64,000 nucleotides of DNA, taken from the NCBI RefSeq assembly GCF_041886205.1, contig NZ_CP169029.1; one strand, written 5' to 3'. Position 1 is the first letter of the stretch. Every line of letters begins with the position of its first letter. Source of the DNA: Escherichia coli. Lineage in GTDB: Bacteria; Pseudomonadota; Gammaproteobacteria; Enterobacterales; Enterobacteriaceae. A program made the translations under genes and the position numbers. The notes below the pieces were generated by a model. The model searched no databases and was not told where the DNA came from. It saw only the letters and a list, made by a program, of their open reading frames with translations. This document shows, one piece after another, positions 1 to 9,734 of the stretch.

Positions 1-1861
1 CGATACCTCGCGTCTGACGCTGGATATCACTAATCTTACCGATAAACCGCAAAAACTGAACGTTGCCCTGACCGCCAGTGGTTTGCTTGAACTGGTCAGC
101 GATTCACCCGCAGCCGTTGAATTAGCGCCAGGTGTGCGTACTACGCTGTTTATCCCGGTGCGAGCATTGCCGGGTTATGGCGATGGAGAAATTCAGGCCA
201 CCATTAGCGGGTTAGCGTTACCGGGTGAAACCGTTGCCGATCAGCATAAGCAGTGGAAAATCGGCGTCCGTCCGGCGTTCCCGGCACAAACGGTTAATTA
301 CGGTACGGCGTTACAGCCTGGTGAGACATGGGCGATTCCGGCGGATGGATTGCAAAACTTCTCGCCTGTTACGCTGGAAGGGCAATTGTTGTTGAGCGGC
401 AAACCACCGCTGAACATCGCACGTTATATCAAAGAGTTAAAAGCGTATCCGTACGGCTGTCTTGAGCAAACCGCCAGCGGCCTGTTCCCGTCACTTTATA
501 CCAACGCAGCCCAACTGCAGGCGTTGGGCATCAAAGGCGACAGTGATGAGAAACGCCGTGCATCGGTCGATATCGGCATTTCCCGTTTGCTGCAAATGCA
601 ACGTGATAACGGCGGCTTTGCGCTGTGGGATAAAAACGGTGACGAAGAGTACTGGCTGACGGCTTACGTGATGGATTTCCTGGTCCGCGCAGGCGAACAG
701 GGTTACAGCGTGCCGACAGACGCCATTAACCGGGGTAATGAGCGTCTGCTGCGCTATTTACAAGATCCGGGCATGATGTCGATCCCGTACGCGGATAATC
801 TCAAAGCCAGTAAATTCGCCGTACAGTCTTACGCTGCGCTGGTGTTGGCCCGTCAGCAAAAGGCTCCGCTGGGTGCGCTGCGTGAAATCTGGGAGCATCG
901 TGCAGATGCCGCTTCTGGTTTACCGCTGCTGCAACTTGGCGTTGCGCTGAAAACCATGGGTGATGCAACGCGTGGTGAAGAAGCGATTGTGCTGGCGCTG
1001 AAAACGCCGAGAAATAGTGATGAGCGGATATGGCTGGGTGATTACGGTAGTCCACTGCGCGACAACGCGTTAATGCTCTCCTTGCTGGAAGAAAATAAAC
1101 TGCTACCCGATGAGCAGTACACTTTGCTAGACACACTTTCGCAGCAGGCGTTTGGTGAACGCTGGCTATCGACGCAGGAAAGTAACGCGTTGTTCCTGGC
1201 TGCCCGTACGATTCAGGATTTACCGGGTAAATGGCAGGCGCAAACCTCTTTCTCAACTGAGCCGCTGACAGGCGAGAAAGCGCAAAACAGCAATCTGAAT
1301 AGCGATCAACTTGCCACCTTGCAGGTGACCAACAGTGGCGATCAGCCGTTATGGCTGCGTGTGGATGCCAGCGGTTATCCGCAATCCGCACCTTTACCGG
1401 CGAACAATGTGCTGCAAATCGAGCGTCATATTCTTGGTACTGATGGTAAGAGCAAATCGCTGGACTCGTTACGTAGCGGCGATCTGGTGCTGGTCTGGTT
1501 GCAGGTAAAAGCCAGTAACAGCGTGCCGGATGCGTTAGTCGTGGATCTGCTGCCTGCGGGTCTGGAACTGGAAAACCAGAATCTGGCGAACGGTAGCGCC
1601 AGCCTGGAGCAAAGTGGTGGCGAAGTGCAGAACTTACTGAACCAGATGCAGCAGGCGAGTATTAAGCACATTGAGTTCCGTGACGATCGCTTTGTGGCGG
1701 CGGTTGCCGTTGATGAATACCAACCGGTAACGCTGATGTATCTGGCGCGGGCGGTGACGCCGGGAACGTATCAGGTACCGCAACCGATGGTGGAATCAAT
1801 GTATGTTCCCCAATGGCGGGCGACCGGCGCGGCTGAAGATTTGCTGATTGTCAGACCGTAA
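1..1861 (+). CDS. yfhM: alpha-2-macroglobulin family protein, C-terminal part (gene starts upstream of the window)
   Basis: Frame is open from position 2 to the TAA at 1859-1861; the M at 83 is internal. Thioester motif CLEQ present in the sequence YPYGCLEQTASG. Sits immediately upstream of pbpC as in E. coli. Confidence 0.85.
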   Translation, partial: DTSRLTLDITNLTDKPQKLNVALTASGLLELVSDSPAAVELAPGVRTTLFIPVRALPGYGDGEIQATISGLALPGETVADQHKQWKIGVRPAFPAQTVNYGTALQPGETWAIPADGLQNFSPVTLEGQLLLSGKPPLNIARYIKELKAYPYGCLEQTASGLFPSLYTNAAQLQALGIKGDSDEKRRASVDIGISRLLQMQRDNGGFALWDKNGDEEYWLTAYVMDFLVRAGEQGYSVPTDAINRGNERLLRYLQDPGMMSIPYADNLKASKFAVQSYAALVLARQQKAPLGALREIWEHRADAASGLPLLQLGVALKTMGDATRGEEAIVLALKTPRNSDERIWLGDYGSPLRDNALMLSLLEENKLLPDEQYTLLDTLSQQAFGERWLSTQESNALFLAARTIQDLPGKWQAQTSFSTEPLTGEKAQNSNLNSDQLATLQVTNSGDQPLWLRVDASGYPQSAPLPANNVLQIERHILGTDGKSKSLDSLRSGDLVLVWLQVKASNSVPDALVVDLLPAGLELENQNLANGSASLEQSGGEVQNLLNQMQQASIKHIEFRDDRFVAAVAVDEYQPVTLMYLARAVTPGTYQVPQPMVESMYVPQWRATGAAEDLLIVRP

Positions 1862-4174
1862 ATGCCTCGCTTGTTAACCAAACGCGGCTGCTGGATAACG
1901 CTGGCAGCTGCGCCATTTCTCCTTTTTCTTGCAGCGTGGGGAGCAGATAAACTCTGGCCTCTACCGCTGCATGAAGTCAATCCCGCACGAGTGGTCGTGG
2001 CGCAGGATGGTACGCCGCTCTGGCGCTTCGCCGATGCTGACGGCATCTGGCGTTATCCGGTAACAATCGAAGATGTTTCTCCACGTTACCTTGAAGCGCT
2101 GATCAATTATGAAGATCGCTGGTTCTGGAAGCATCCGGGGGTGAATCCATTCTCGGTGGCGCGCGCAGCATGGCAAGATCTCACTTCGGGACGGGTTATT
2201 TCCGGTGGCAGCACGCTCACTATGCAGGTTGCTCGTCTGCTTGATCCTCACCCCAAAACATTTGGCGGCAAAATTCGCCAGCTCTGGCGCGCGTTACAAC
2301 TGGAATGGCATCTGTCTAAGCGTGAAATTCTGACCTTGTATCTTAACCGCGCTCCGTTTGGCGGTACGTTGCAGGGGATCGGTGCGGCAAGTTGGGCTTA
2401 TCTCGGAAAGTCGCCTGCGAATTTAAGCTATTCCGAGGCGGCAATGCTGGCGGTTTTGCCGCAAGCGCCCAGCCGTCTTCGCCCGGATCGTTGGCCGGAG
2501 CGTGCCGAAGCCGCGCGTAATAAAGTGCTCGAACGGATGGCCGTGCAAGGTGTGTGGTCCCGTGAGCAGGTAAAAGAGTCAAGGGAAGAACCCATCTGGC
2601 TGGCACCCCGACAAATGCCGCAACTGGCACCGCTGTTTTCGCGCATGATGCTCGGTAAAAGCAAAAGCGACAAAATCGTTACTACGCTGGATGCCGGTCT
2701 TCAACGACGTCTGGAAGAACTGGCGCAAAACTGGAAAGGGCGGTTGCCACCGCGCAGCTCACTGGCGATGATCGTGGTTGATCATACAGATATGCGTGTT
2801 CGCGGCTGGGTGGGATCGGTTGATCACAACGATGATTCACGCTTTGGTCATGTTGATATGGTCAATGCGATCCGATCGCCAGGATCGGTGCTCAAACCGT
2901 TTGTTTATGGTCTGGCGCTGGATGAAGGCTTGATCCACCCGGCATCACTGCTGCAAGACGTCCCCCGGCGCACCGGTGATTATCGACCAGGTAACTTTGA
3001 TAGCGGTTTTCATGGCCCGATCAGCATGAGCGAGGCGCTGGTGCGCTCGCTGAACTTACCTGCTGTGCAGGTGCTGGAAGCTTATGGACCGAAACGGTTT
3101 GCGGCAAAGTTACGCAATGTTGGATTGCCGTTATATTTGCCCAACGGCGCTGCGCCGAATCTTTCACTCATTCTCGGCGGCGCTGGTGCAAAACTGGAAG
3201 ATATGGCGGCAGCGTATACCGCGTTTGCTCGCCACGGCAAGGCAGGCAAATTGCGCTTACAGCCTGACGATCCGCTGCTTGAACGGCCTTTAATGTCGTC
3301 GGGGGCGGCGTGGATCATTCGCCGGATTATGGCTGATGAAGCGCAACCCTTGCCGGATAGTGCCTTGCCACGCGTCGCCCCACTGGCATGGAAAACGGGC
3401 ACCAGCTATGGCTATCGTGACGCCTGGGCGATTGGGGTTAACGCTCGCTATGTCATTGGGATCTGGACTGGCAGACCTGACGGCACGCCCGTTGTTGGTC
3501 AGTTTGGCTTTGCCAGTGCCGTACCATTGTTGAATCAGGTCAATAATATCTTACTGTCGCGCAGTGCGAATCTGCCGGAAGACCCGCGCCCGAACTCAGT
3601 CACTCGTGGCGTTATCTGCTGGCCGGGCGGACAGTCTTTGCCGGAAGGTGACGGTAACTGTCGCCGCCGCCTGGCAACCTGGCTGCTGGACGGGAGTCAG
3701 CCGCCAACTCTATTACTGCCGGAGCAGGAAGGCATTAATGGCATTCGTTTCCCCATCTGGCTGGATGAAAATGGCAAACGTGTTGCCGCTGATTGCCCGC
3801 AAGCGCGACAAGAAATGATAAATGTCTGGCCGCTACCGCTGGAACCCTGGTTGCCCGCATCAGAACGTCGCGCTGTGCGCTTACCACCGGCCTCGACAAT
3901 TTGCCCGCCATACGGTCACGATGCCCAGCTCCCTCTGCAGCTGACAGGCGTTCGCGATGGCGCGATTATTAAACGTTTACCGGGCGCAGCGGAAGCGACT
4001 TTGCCGTTGCAATCAAGTGGAGGGGCAGGTGAACGCTGGTGGTTTCTGAATGGCGAACCGTTAACTGAACGCGGGCGCAACGTGACCCTGCATTTGACGG
4101 ATAAAGGTGATTATCAATTGCTGGTGATGGATGACGTAGGGCAAATCGCGTCAGTACATTTTTCATTTCAGTGA
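1862..4174 (+). CDS. pbpC: penicillin-binding protein 1C (peptidoglycan glycosyltransferase)
   Basis: 770-aa ORF with an N-terminal membrane anchor and a glycosyltransferase-type N-domain; ATG abuts the yfhM stop (TAAATG). Confidence 0.9.
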   Translation: MPRLLTKRGCWITLAAAPFLLFLAAWGADKLWPLPLHEVNPARVVVAQDGTPLWRFADADGIWRYPVTIEDVSPRYLEALINYEDRWFWKHPGVNPFSVARAAWQDLTSGRVISGGSTLTMQVARLLDPHPKTFGGKIRQLWRALQLEWHLSKREILTLYLNRAPFGGTLQGIGAASWAYLGKSPANLSYSEAAMLAVLPQAPSRLRPDRWPERAEAARNKVLERMAVQGVWSREQVKESREEPIWLAPRQMPQLAPLFSRMMLGKSKSDKIVTTLDAGLQRRLEELAQNWKGRLPPRSSLAMIVVDHTDMRVRGWVGSVDHNDDSRFGHVDMVNAIRSPGSVLKPFVYGLALDEGLIHPASLLQDVPRRTGDYRPGNFDSGFHGPISMSEALVRSLNLPAVQVLEAYGPKRFAAKLRNVGLPLYLPNGAAPNLSLILGGAGAKLEDMAAAYTAFARHGKAGKLRLQPDDPLLERPLMSSGAAWIIRRIMADEAQPLPDSALPRVAPLAWKTGTSYGYRDAWAIGVNARYVIGIWTGRPDGTPVVGQFGFASAVPLLNQVNNILLSRSANLPEDPRPNSVTRGVICWPGGQSLPEGDGNCRRRLATWLLDGSQPPTLLLPEQEGINGIRFPIWLDENGKRVAADCPQARQEMINVWPLPLEPWLPASERRAVRLPPASTICPPYGHDAQLPLQLTGVRDGAIIKRLPGAAEATLPLQSSGGAGERWWFLNGEPLTERGRNVTLHLTDKGDYQLLVMDDVGQIASVHFSFQ

Positions 4175-4268
4175 AATATACAAAATATTTATTAATCTAA
4201 TTATGGTATTTATATTTGGAATGCATTAATAATTTAATAATCTCACGTTTTTTTAAACGACTAATTAT

Positions 4269-4282
4269 TTGATTGTTATCAG
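4269..4282. promoter_or_regulatory. FNR-like box (TTGATtgttATCAg, 9/10 match to TTGAT-N4-ATCAA) upstream of the DmsA-like gene
   Basis: Read directly in the AT-rich 160-bp leader; centre lies about 62 bp upstream of the ATG at 4338. Confidence 0.4.
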
Positions 4283-4337
4283 CATTGTTCTCGAATAAAT
4301 ACGTGAATATTTATTTTTTCATTTTCGGGAACGCAAG

Positions 4338-6719
4338 ATGGATACGCCAGACGAAAAGGAACGCATTACATTTCCGCAAGTATCACGACGTAGTTTTTTA
4401 CAAGCGACTTCCGCGCTTATCACTTTGCCTTTTATTTCTTCTGCCGCAAAGGCGCAATCTTCAGATGCGTCGCCAGAAGTTACAGCTCCGGTGGCTGATA
4501 AAGTCGTGCCCACCTGTAGCACATTTGACTGTGGTGGTAAGTGCGATATTCGGGCGCATATGCGCGACGGTGTGGTGACGCAAATTACCACGCTTCCCGA
4601 TAACGAACTGGATCCACAAATGCCGATTATGCGCGCCTGTGTTCGTGGTCGCGGCTATCGTAAATTTGTTTATCATCCAGACCGCCTGAAATATCCGATG
4701 AAACGGGTCGGTAAACGGGGCGAGGGTAAATTTGAGCGTATTTCATGGGATGAGGCGACGACCTTAATTGCCGATAACCTGAAAAGGATCACGCAACAAT
4801 ATGGCCCGGCTTCACGTTATGTCCATGTCGGGACGGCTGTTTCTGGTGGAACATTTTCTGGTGATGCGATGGCACGTCGGCTGTTAAATTTAACCGGTGG
4901 TTATCTTGAATATTATCACTCAGTTAGTCTGGGTAATACTGCGGCCGCAACGCCTTACACGTATGGCGTGGCGGCCAGCGGTAACTCGATGGACACTCTT
5001 CTGGATACCAAACTGGTGATCCTCTGGGGGCATAACCCAACGGAAACCATCTTCGGTCACACCAATTACTTTTTTCAAAAAATGAAGCAAAACGGTACGC
5101 GTTTTATCGTGGTGGATCCGCGTTATTCCGACACTGTATCTTCGCTTGCCGATCAGTGGATCCCGCTGCTGCCGACCACGGACAATGCGTTGATGGACGC
5201 GATGATGTACGTGATTATCAGCGAAAATCTCCACGATAAGCAGTTTATCGAAACTTACACGCTCGGTTTTGATGAAGATTCCATGCCTGAGGGCGTACCG
5301 GCGAACGAGTCGCTGTATGCCTACCTGTTCGGCGCGAAAGATGGCGTGCGCAAAACGCCGGAATGGGCAGAAAAAATTACCCACGTTCCGGCACAAACTA
5401 TTCGTCAACTGGCACGCGATTACGCCACTACAAAACCTGCGGCGCTGATTCAGGGTTGGGGGCCACAGCGACATATTTGCGGCGAACGTACCGCCCGAGG
5501 TTCAACTTTACTGGCCTCGATTACCGGTAACGTCGGCATCAAAGGTGGCTGGGCGGCAGGTTATGGCGGTAGTTCTAATCGTAAATTCTGCGTTGGACCA
5601 GATATGCCAGAAAATCCGGTACAAGCGAAAATCTCGATTATGAACTGGATGCAGGCGGCGGATGATGCTTCTAAAGTTACGCCGCAAGATGGGCTTAAAG
5701 GTGTCGATAAACTCGACAGTAATATCCGCCTGCTGTTCTCACTGGCAGGTAATTATCTGGCGAACCAGAACCCGGACGTCCACCAGGCCGCGAAGCTCCT
5801 TGAAGACGAATCTAAAATAGAATTCATCGTACTCAGCGATCTGTTCATGACTCCGAGCGCGAAATATGCCGATGTGTTGCTGCCGGAAACCAGCTTTATG
5901 GAACGCTGGAATATCGGCGAAACATGGGGAACAGCGAGCTATCTTATTCTGTCAGAAAAACTGATTGAGCCGGAGTTTGAACGTCGCACGGATTATGACT
6001 GGTTGCGTGACGTGGCGAAAAAACTGGGTGTCGAAGCCGAGTTCAGTCAGGGACGTGATGAGAAGCAATGGATTGAGCATATCTGGGAGCAAACTCGTCT
6101 GGCGATGCCGGATGAAAATTTGCCGGACTTCGCGACCCTGCAAAAAACACGTCGCCATCTTTTCAAAAGTGCGCCGCACATCGCTTTCGAAGCAAATATT
6201 CGCGATCCGCAGAATAATCCTTTCCCGACGCCTTCCGGCAAAATTGAGATCTTCTCTAAGCGTCTTTTTGATATGCAAGATCCAGAAATTCCCGCGCTTT
6301 CGCACTATGTCCCTGCCTTTGAAGGGCCAGAAGATAAACTGACGGCGAAATACCCGTTGCAGCTCATCACCTGGAAAGGGAAAAACCGTGCTAATTCCAC
6401 CCAGTATGCTAACCCATGGCTGCAAGAAGTTCAGACGCAAAAACTCTGGCTGAATCCGCAAGATGCAAAACAGCGCGGGATTAGCGAAGGAGATAGCGTA
6501 AAAATTTATAACGATCGTGGTGTGAGCATTATCCCGGTGGAAATAACCCCCCGTATCATCCCTGGCGTAGTTGCTATGCAGGCGGGGGCATGGTGGCAAC
6601 CGGATGCACAAGGTATCGATCGCGGAGGCTGTGCCAATGTACTGAGTTCGACCCGCATTACGGCGCTGGCGAAAGGGAATTCGCATCAAACAATGCTGGT
6701 GGAGGTTGAGAAAGCATGA
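4338..6719 (+). CDS. Tat-exported molybdopterin (bis-MGD) oxidoreductase catalytic subunit, DMSO reductase (DmsA) family
   Basis: 793 aa; twin-arginine signal SRRSFLQATSA followed by an AxA-type cleavage region; N-terminal Cys cluster C-x4-C-x3-C...C; length and architecture match DmsA/YnfE-type enzymes; stop overlaps the next ATG. Confidence 0.85.
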   Translation: MDTPDEKERITFPQVSRRSFLQATSALITLPFISSAAKAQSSDASPEVTAPVADKVVPTCSTFDCGGKCDIRAHMRDGVVTQITTLPDNELDPQMPIMRACVRGRGYRKFVYHPDRLKYPMKRVGKRGEGKFERISWDEATTLIADNLKRITQQYGPASRYVHVGTAVSGGTFSGDAMARRLLNLTGGYLEYYHSVSLGNTAAATPYTYGVAASGNSMDTLLDTKLVILWGHNPTETIFGHTNYFFQKMKQNGTRFIVVDPRYSDTVSSLADQWIPLLPTTDNALMDAMMYVIISENLHDKQFIETYTLGFDEDSMPEGVPANESLYAYLFGAKDGVRKTPEWAEKITHVPAQTIRQLARDYATTKPAALIQGWGPQRHICGERTARGSTLLASITGNVGIKGGWAAGYGGSSNRKFCVGPDMPENPVQAKISIMNWMQAADDASKVTPQDGLKGVDKLDSNIRLLFSLAGNYLANQNPDVHQAAKLLEDESKIEFIVLSDLFMTPSAKYADVLLPETSFMERWNIGETWGTASYLILSEKLIEPEFERRTDYDWLRDVAKKLGVEAEFSQGRDEKQWIEHIWEQTRLAMPDENLPDFATLQKTRRHLFKSAPHIAFEANIRDPQNNPFPTPSGKIEIFSKRLFDMQDPEIPALSHYVPAFEGPEDKLTAKYPLQLITWKGKNRANSTQYANPWLQEVQTQKLWLNPQDAKQRGISEGDSVKIYNDRGVSIIPVEITPRIIPGVVAMQAGAWWQPDAQGIDRGGCANVLSSTRITALAKGNSHQTMLVEVEKA

Positions 6720-7345
6720 GCCAATTTAAAGAATTTGCATCTGTCAGCGACAAACAATTAGGGTTCTTCATTGACTCTTCGCGTTGTTCTGGCTGTAAAG
6801 CGTGTCAGGTGGCCTGTAAAGACAAAAATAACCTTGAGGTTGGGCGACGTTTTCGCCGCGTGTATGAAGTGAACGGCGGTGGCTTCATCGCCACTGGAGA
6901 GGGCGGTGTGAGTCATAATGTCTTTGCTTATACCCTTTCTATTTCCTGTAACCATTGCGCGGATCCGATCTGTATCAAAAATTGCCCGACGATGGCGATG
7001 CATAAGCGTCCCGGAGACGGTATTGTGCGCGTGAATACTGATAAGTGCGTCGGTTGCGGTTACTGCGCCTGGTCCTGTCCTTACGGCGCACCGCAAATGA
7101 ATGAGCAGACCGGGCAGATGTCGAAATGCGATTTCTGTATTGATCTGCAAGCTAAAGGAGAACAACCCATTTGCGTGGCAACGTGCCCGTTGGGGGCGAT
7201 TAAGTTCGGCCCTATTGATGAGTTGCGTGAAAAGTATGGCGATGTCAGTGATGTGAAAGGTTTACCTGATTCGTCGATTACGCAGCCAAATCTGGTGATT
7301 AAACCGCATCAGGGCGCGGAAAAGGAGGCGTCACATCATGCATGA
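6716..7345 (+). CDS. 4Fe-4S electron-transfer subunit, DmsB-like
   Basis: 209 aa with four ferredoxin-type Cys clusters (e.g. CSGCKACQVAC, CNHCADPICIKNCP, CVGCGYCAWSCP, CDFCIDL...CVATCP); translationally coupled to neighbours. Confidence 0.85.
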   Translation: MSQFKEFASVSDKQLGFFIDSSRCSGCKACQVACKDKNNLEVGRRFRRVYEVNGGGFIATGEGGVSHNVFAYTLSISCNHCADPICIKNCPTMAMHKRPGDGIVRVNTDKCVGCGYCAWSCPYGAPQMNEQTGQMSKCDFCIDLQAKGEQPICVATCPLGAIKFGPIDELREKYGDVSDVKGLPDSSITQPNLVIKPHQGAEKEASHHA

Positions 7346-8159
7346 ATTACCGTTAATGGCTTTTACGCTGTTGTTACAGGCATCGGTCGGTATGACCTTG
7401 TGGCTGGCGTTTCTTCATCGTCATATTTTAATCACCTCCAGCGCCCGCCCGGTTATGCGGCCGCCATTACTGTTGGCTTTTTTGGCAGGTGCCGTAGGGT
7501 TACTGATTTCTACCTTACATCTGGGTTATCCACTTAATGCGATGCATGCGCTAAGCCACTTTTCCAGTTCATGGCTGAGTCGGGAAATTATCTTTGGTGC
7601 GCTGTATCTGGCGCTATTGGGTTTATCCACATTACTGGTCATGTTACGCAAAGGCGGCTGGCAACTCCTGCTTATGCTAGCGGCAGTGGTCGGGATTGTT
7701 GATGTTTTCTGCATGGCGCAAGTTTACATCCATACGTCGATTATCACCTGGCAGCATTACAACACGCTGATTATGTTCTTAGGTACAGTGGGAATTCTCG
7801 GTTCAGCGCTGGTAGCAGTGTTTCGTATTAGCGGAATTTTGCCGCAGATTGATGCCCTGCGTAATGGATGCGTGTTGGTGATCGCTTTCCTGGTTCTGTT
7901 GCGTTTGTTGGTTCAGCCGTTGTGGATAGGGGATTTAACGGCAAATGCGATGCAGATAGCCACATTGCCACATGCGCCATTAGCGATGCTGGGACAGTTA
8001 AAACCCATACTGACACTAAGCTGGGGAATTTCCGTCATTGGGATGATGTTCTTTGCTGTCGGTGGTTGTAAAAAGAATATCCCGGCGGCGTTATTCGGTA
8101 GCGTAATGCTAGTGGGGAGTGAAGTTATGCTGCGTTTTGTCTTTTTTAGTATCAGCTAA
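7338..8159 (+). CDS. integral membrane anchor subunit, DmsC-like
   Basis: 273 aa, highly hydrophobic with about 8 predicted transmembrane segments; position after the A and B homologues. Confidence 0.7.
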   Translation: MHELPLMAFTLLLQASVGMTLWLAFLHRHILITSSARPVMRPPLLLAFLAGAVGLLISTLHLGYPLNAMHALSHFSSSWLSREIIFGALYLALLGLSTLLVMLRKGGWQLLLMLAAVVGIVDVFCMAQVYIHTSIITWQHYNTLIMFLGTVGILGSALVAVFRISGILPQIDALRNGCVLVIAFLVLLRLLVQPLWIGDLTANAMQIATLPHAPLAMLGQLKPILTLSWGISVIGMMFFAVGGCKKNIPAALFGSVMLVGSEVMLRFVFFSIS

Positions 8160-9013
8160 TGTTAAGTCATAACATAACGATTGGCGCGGAATGCGCGCGC
8201 CAACGCTTTCGTTTTGCAACATGTCATGCCTGTGTCGAGGCTTGCCCGGCACAGGCGCTAACGCTGACAGAAGAGGGCGTAGCGGTCGACGCGGAACAAT
8301 GTATTGAGTGTGCGGTTTGCCAGTTTATTTGCCCGCAAGAGGCTATTCGTGGCGTTAATTCCCCTTTACGTTATTTTCGCAATCACACCCTGGTCGCACC
8401 TTTCACCACTATTGCGCCGACGCTGGAAGAACTTTTGCTATGGCATAAAGAGCAGGGGATCACAGCGATCGCGATTGATCTGAGTCAGGCGAAGGCATGG
8501 GAGCGCGCATTATTGCTGTTAAACGAACGCTTACGGCAATATGGCGAGGAAGGCTGGTCTGTGGTATCTCCACATACCAGTGAGGTGAATGTTTCCCGGC
8601 GTCGTTTGTTCCATGTGCAGCGTGCGGATGTTCAGATGACACAAATACAGCCAGGATTACGTCGGTTACATTATTTTTGGCCCCAGATTAGTGATGCTCG
8701 CCCGATGATGGATCCTCAAAAGTGTCAGCTTTGCGGTGCATGCTGGCGGGCCTGCGGGCAACAGGTCTTTTCGCTTAACGAAGGCCATTTACAAATCAAT
8801 GATGCCTTGTGTACCGGATGCCAAAATTGTATTGCTGTTTGTTTTCATCAGGCAATGACCGTTGAATTGACGATTCTACCGGCAAAAATTGTGAATCTTC
8901 ATGCTAATCGCAAAGTCTGTAAAACCTGTCAAAAATCCTTTCTTACTTTTCAGCAAAATGCGCAAAATTGTCTTTATTGCCAACGTCATCGCTATGGGAT
9001 GAGAGCATCATAA
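8159..9013 (+). CDS. polyferredoxin-like protein (four 4Fe-4S-type Cys motifs plus C-terminal CxxC-x14-CxxC)
   Basis: 284 aa; motifs CHACVEACP, CIECAVCQFICP, CQLCGACWRAC, CTGCQNCIAVC and CKTCQ...CLYCQ; start overlaps the previous stop (TAATG). Confidence 0.7.
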   Translation: MLSHNITIGAECARQRFRFATCHACVEACPAQALTLTEEGVAVDAEQCIECAVCQFICPQEAIRGVNSPLRYFRNHTLVAPFTTIAPTLEELLLWHKEQGITAIAIDLSQAKAWERALLLLNERLRQYGEEGWSVVSPHTSEVNVSRRRLFHVQRADVQMTQIQPGLRRLHYFWPQISDARPMMDPQKCQLCGACWRACGQQVFSLNEGHLQINDALCTGCQNCIAVCFHQAMTVELTILPAKIVNLHANRKVCKTCQKSFLTFQQNAQNCLYCQRHRYGMRAS

Positions 9014-9153
9014 AAGTCGAGTTGTTGCTAAAACTCATTTTATTTTAAAAAAATGTTACCTTCATCAATAGTCAACGGCCCTGTTGCTCATTATAATCCG
9101 CGCCATCTCGTACGCTGGTACAGACAACAACAGAATAATTTACAGAGGTAAAA

Positions 9154-9585
9154 ATGGCTATTGAACGTACTTTTTCCATCATCAAACCGAACGCGGTAGC
9201 AAAAAACGTCATTGGTAATATCTTTGCGCGCTTTGAAGCTGCGGGGTTCAAAATTGTCGGCACCAAAATGCTGCACCTGACCGTTGAACAGGCACGTGGC
9301 TTTTATGCTGAACACGATGGAAAACCGTTCTTTGATGGTCTGGTTGAATTCATGACCTCTGGCCCGATCGTGGTTTCCGTGCTGGAAGGTGAAAACGCCG
9401 TTCAGCGTCACCGCGATCTGCTGGGCGCGACCAATCCGGCAAACGCACTGGCCGGTACTCTGCGCGCTGATTACGCTGACAGCCTGACCGAAAACGGTAC
9501 CCACGGTTCTGACTCCGTCGAATCTGCCGCTCGCGAAATCGCTTATTTCTTCGGCGAAGGCGAAGTGTGCCCGCGCACCCGTTAA
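9154..9585 (+). CDS. ndk: nucleoside diphosphate kinase
   Basis: 143 aa, [15 protein letters not shown]..., with the NDK active-site His region (NGTHGSDS). Confidence 0.95.
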
Positions 9586-9645
9586 TAATTTCGTAAATGC
9601 CGCGTGCAAACGTGGCATCCGTGCGCCAGAATTTGTACAATGCAG

Positions 9646-9690
9646 CGCCCCCGGACGAGCAGCCGCTCACCGGGGCGTTTCTTTTTTCAA
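9646..9690 (+). terminator. possible rho-independent terminator after ndk
   Basis: GC-rich imperfect hairpin (cgcccccgg ... ccggggcg) followed by tttcttttttc. Confidence 0.4.
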
Positions 9691-9734
9691 CCCTCCAGGG
9701 GCCATAACGTGTAATAACGAGGCCGGAATAGCAT

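Noticed and set aside
801-1391. 196-aa minus-strand ORF inside yfhM (and similar antisense ORFs at 5952..6689, 12247..12825, 15876..16607, 31661..32416, 33190..34053, 44745..45650, 55810..56442)
   Set aside because: Each lies entirely within a well-supported gene on the opposite strand and has no recognisable motifs; typical shadow ORFs of GC-rich coding sequence.
83-1861. ORF-track start of yfhM at 83
   Set aside because: The frame is open to the window edge and the gene is known to be much longer; the M at 83 is internal.
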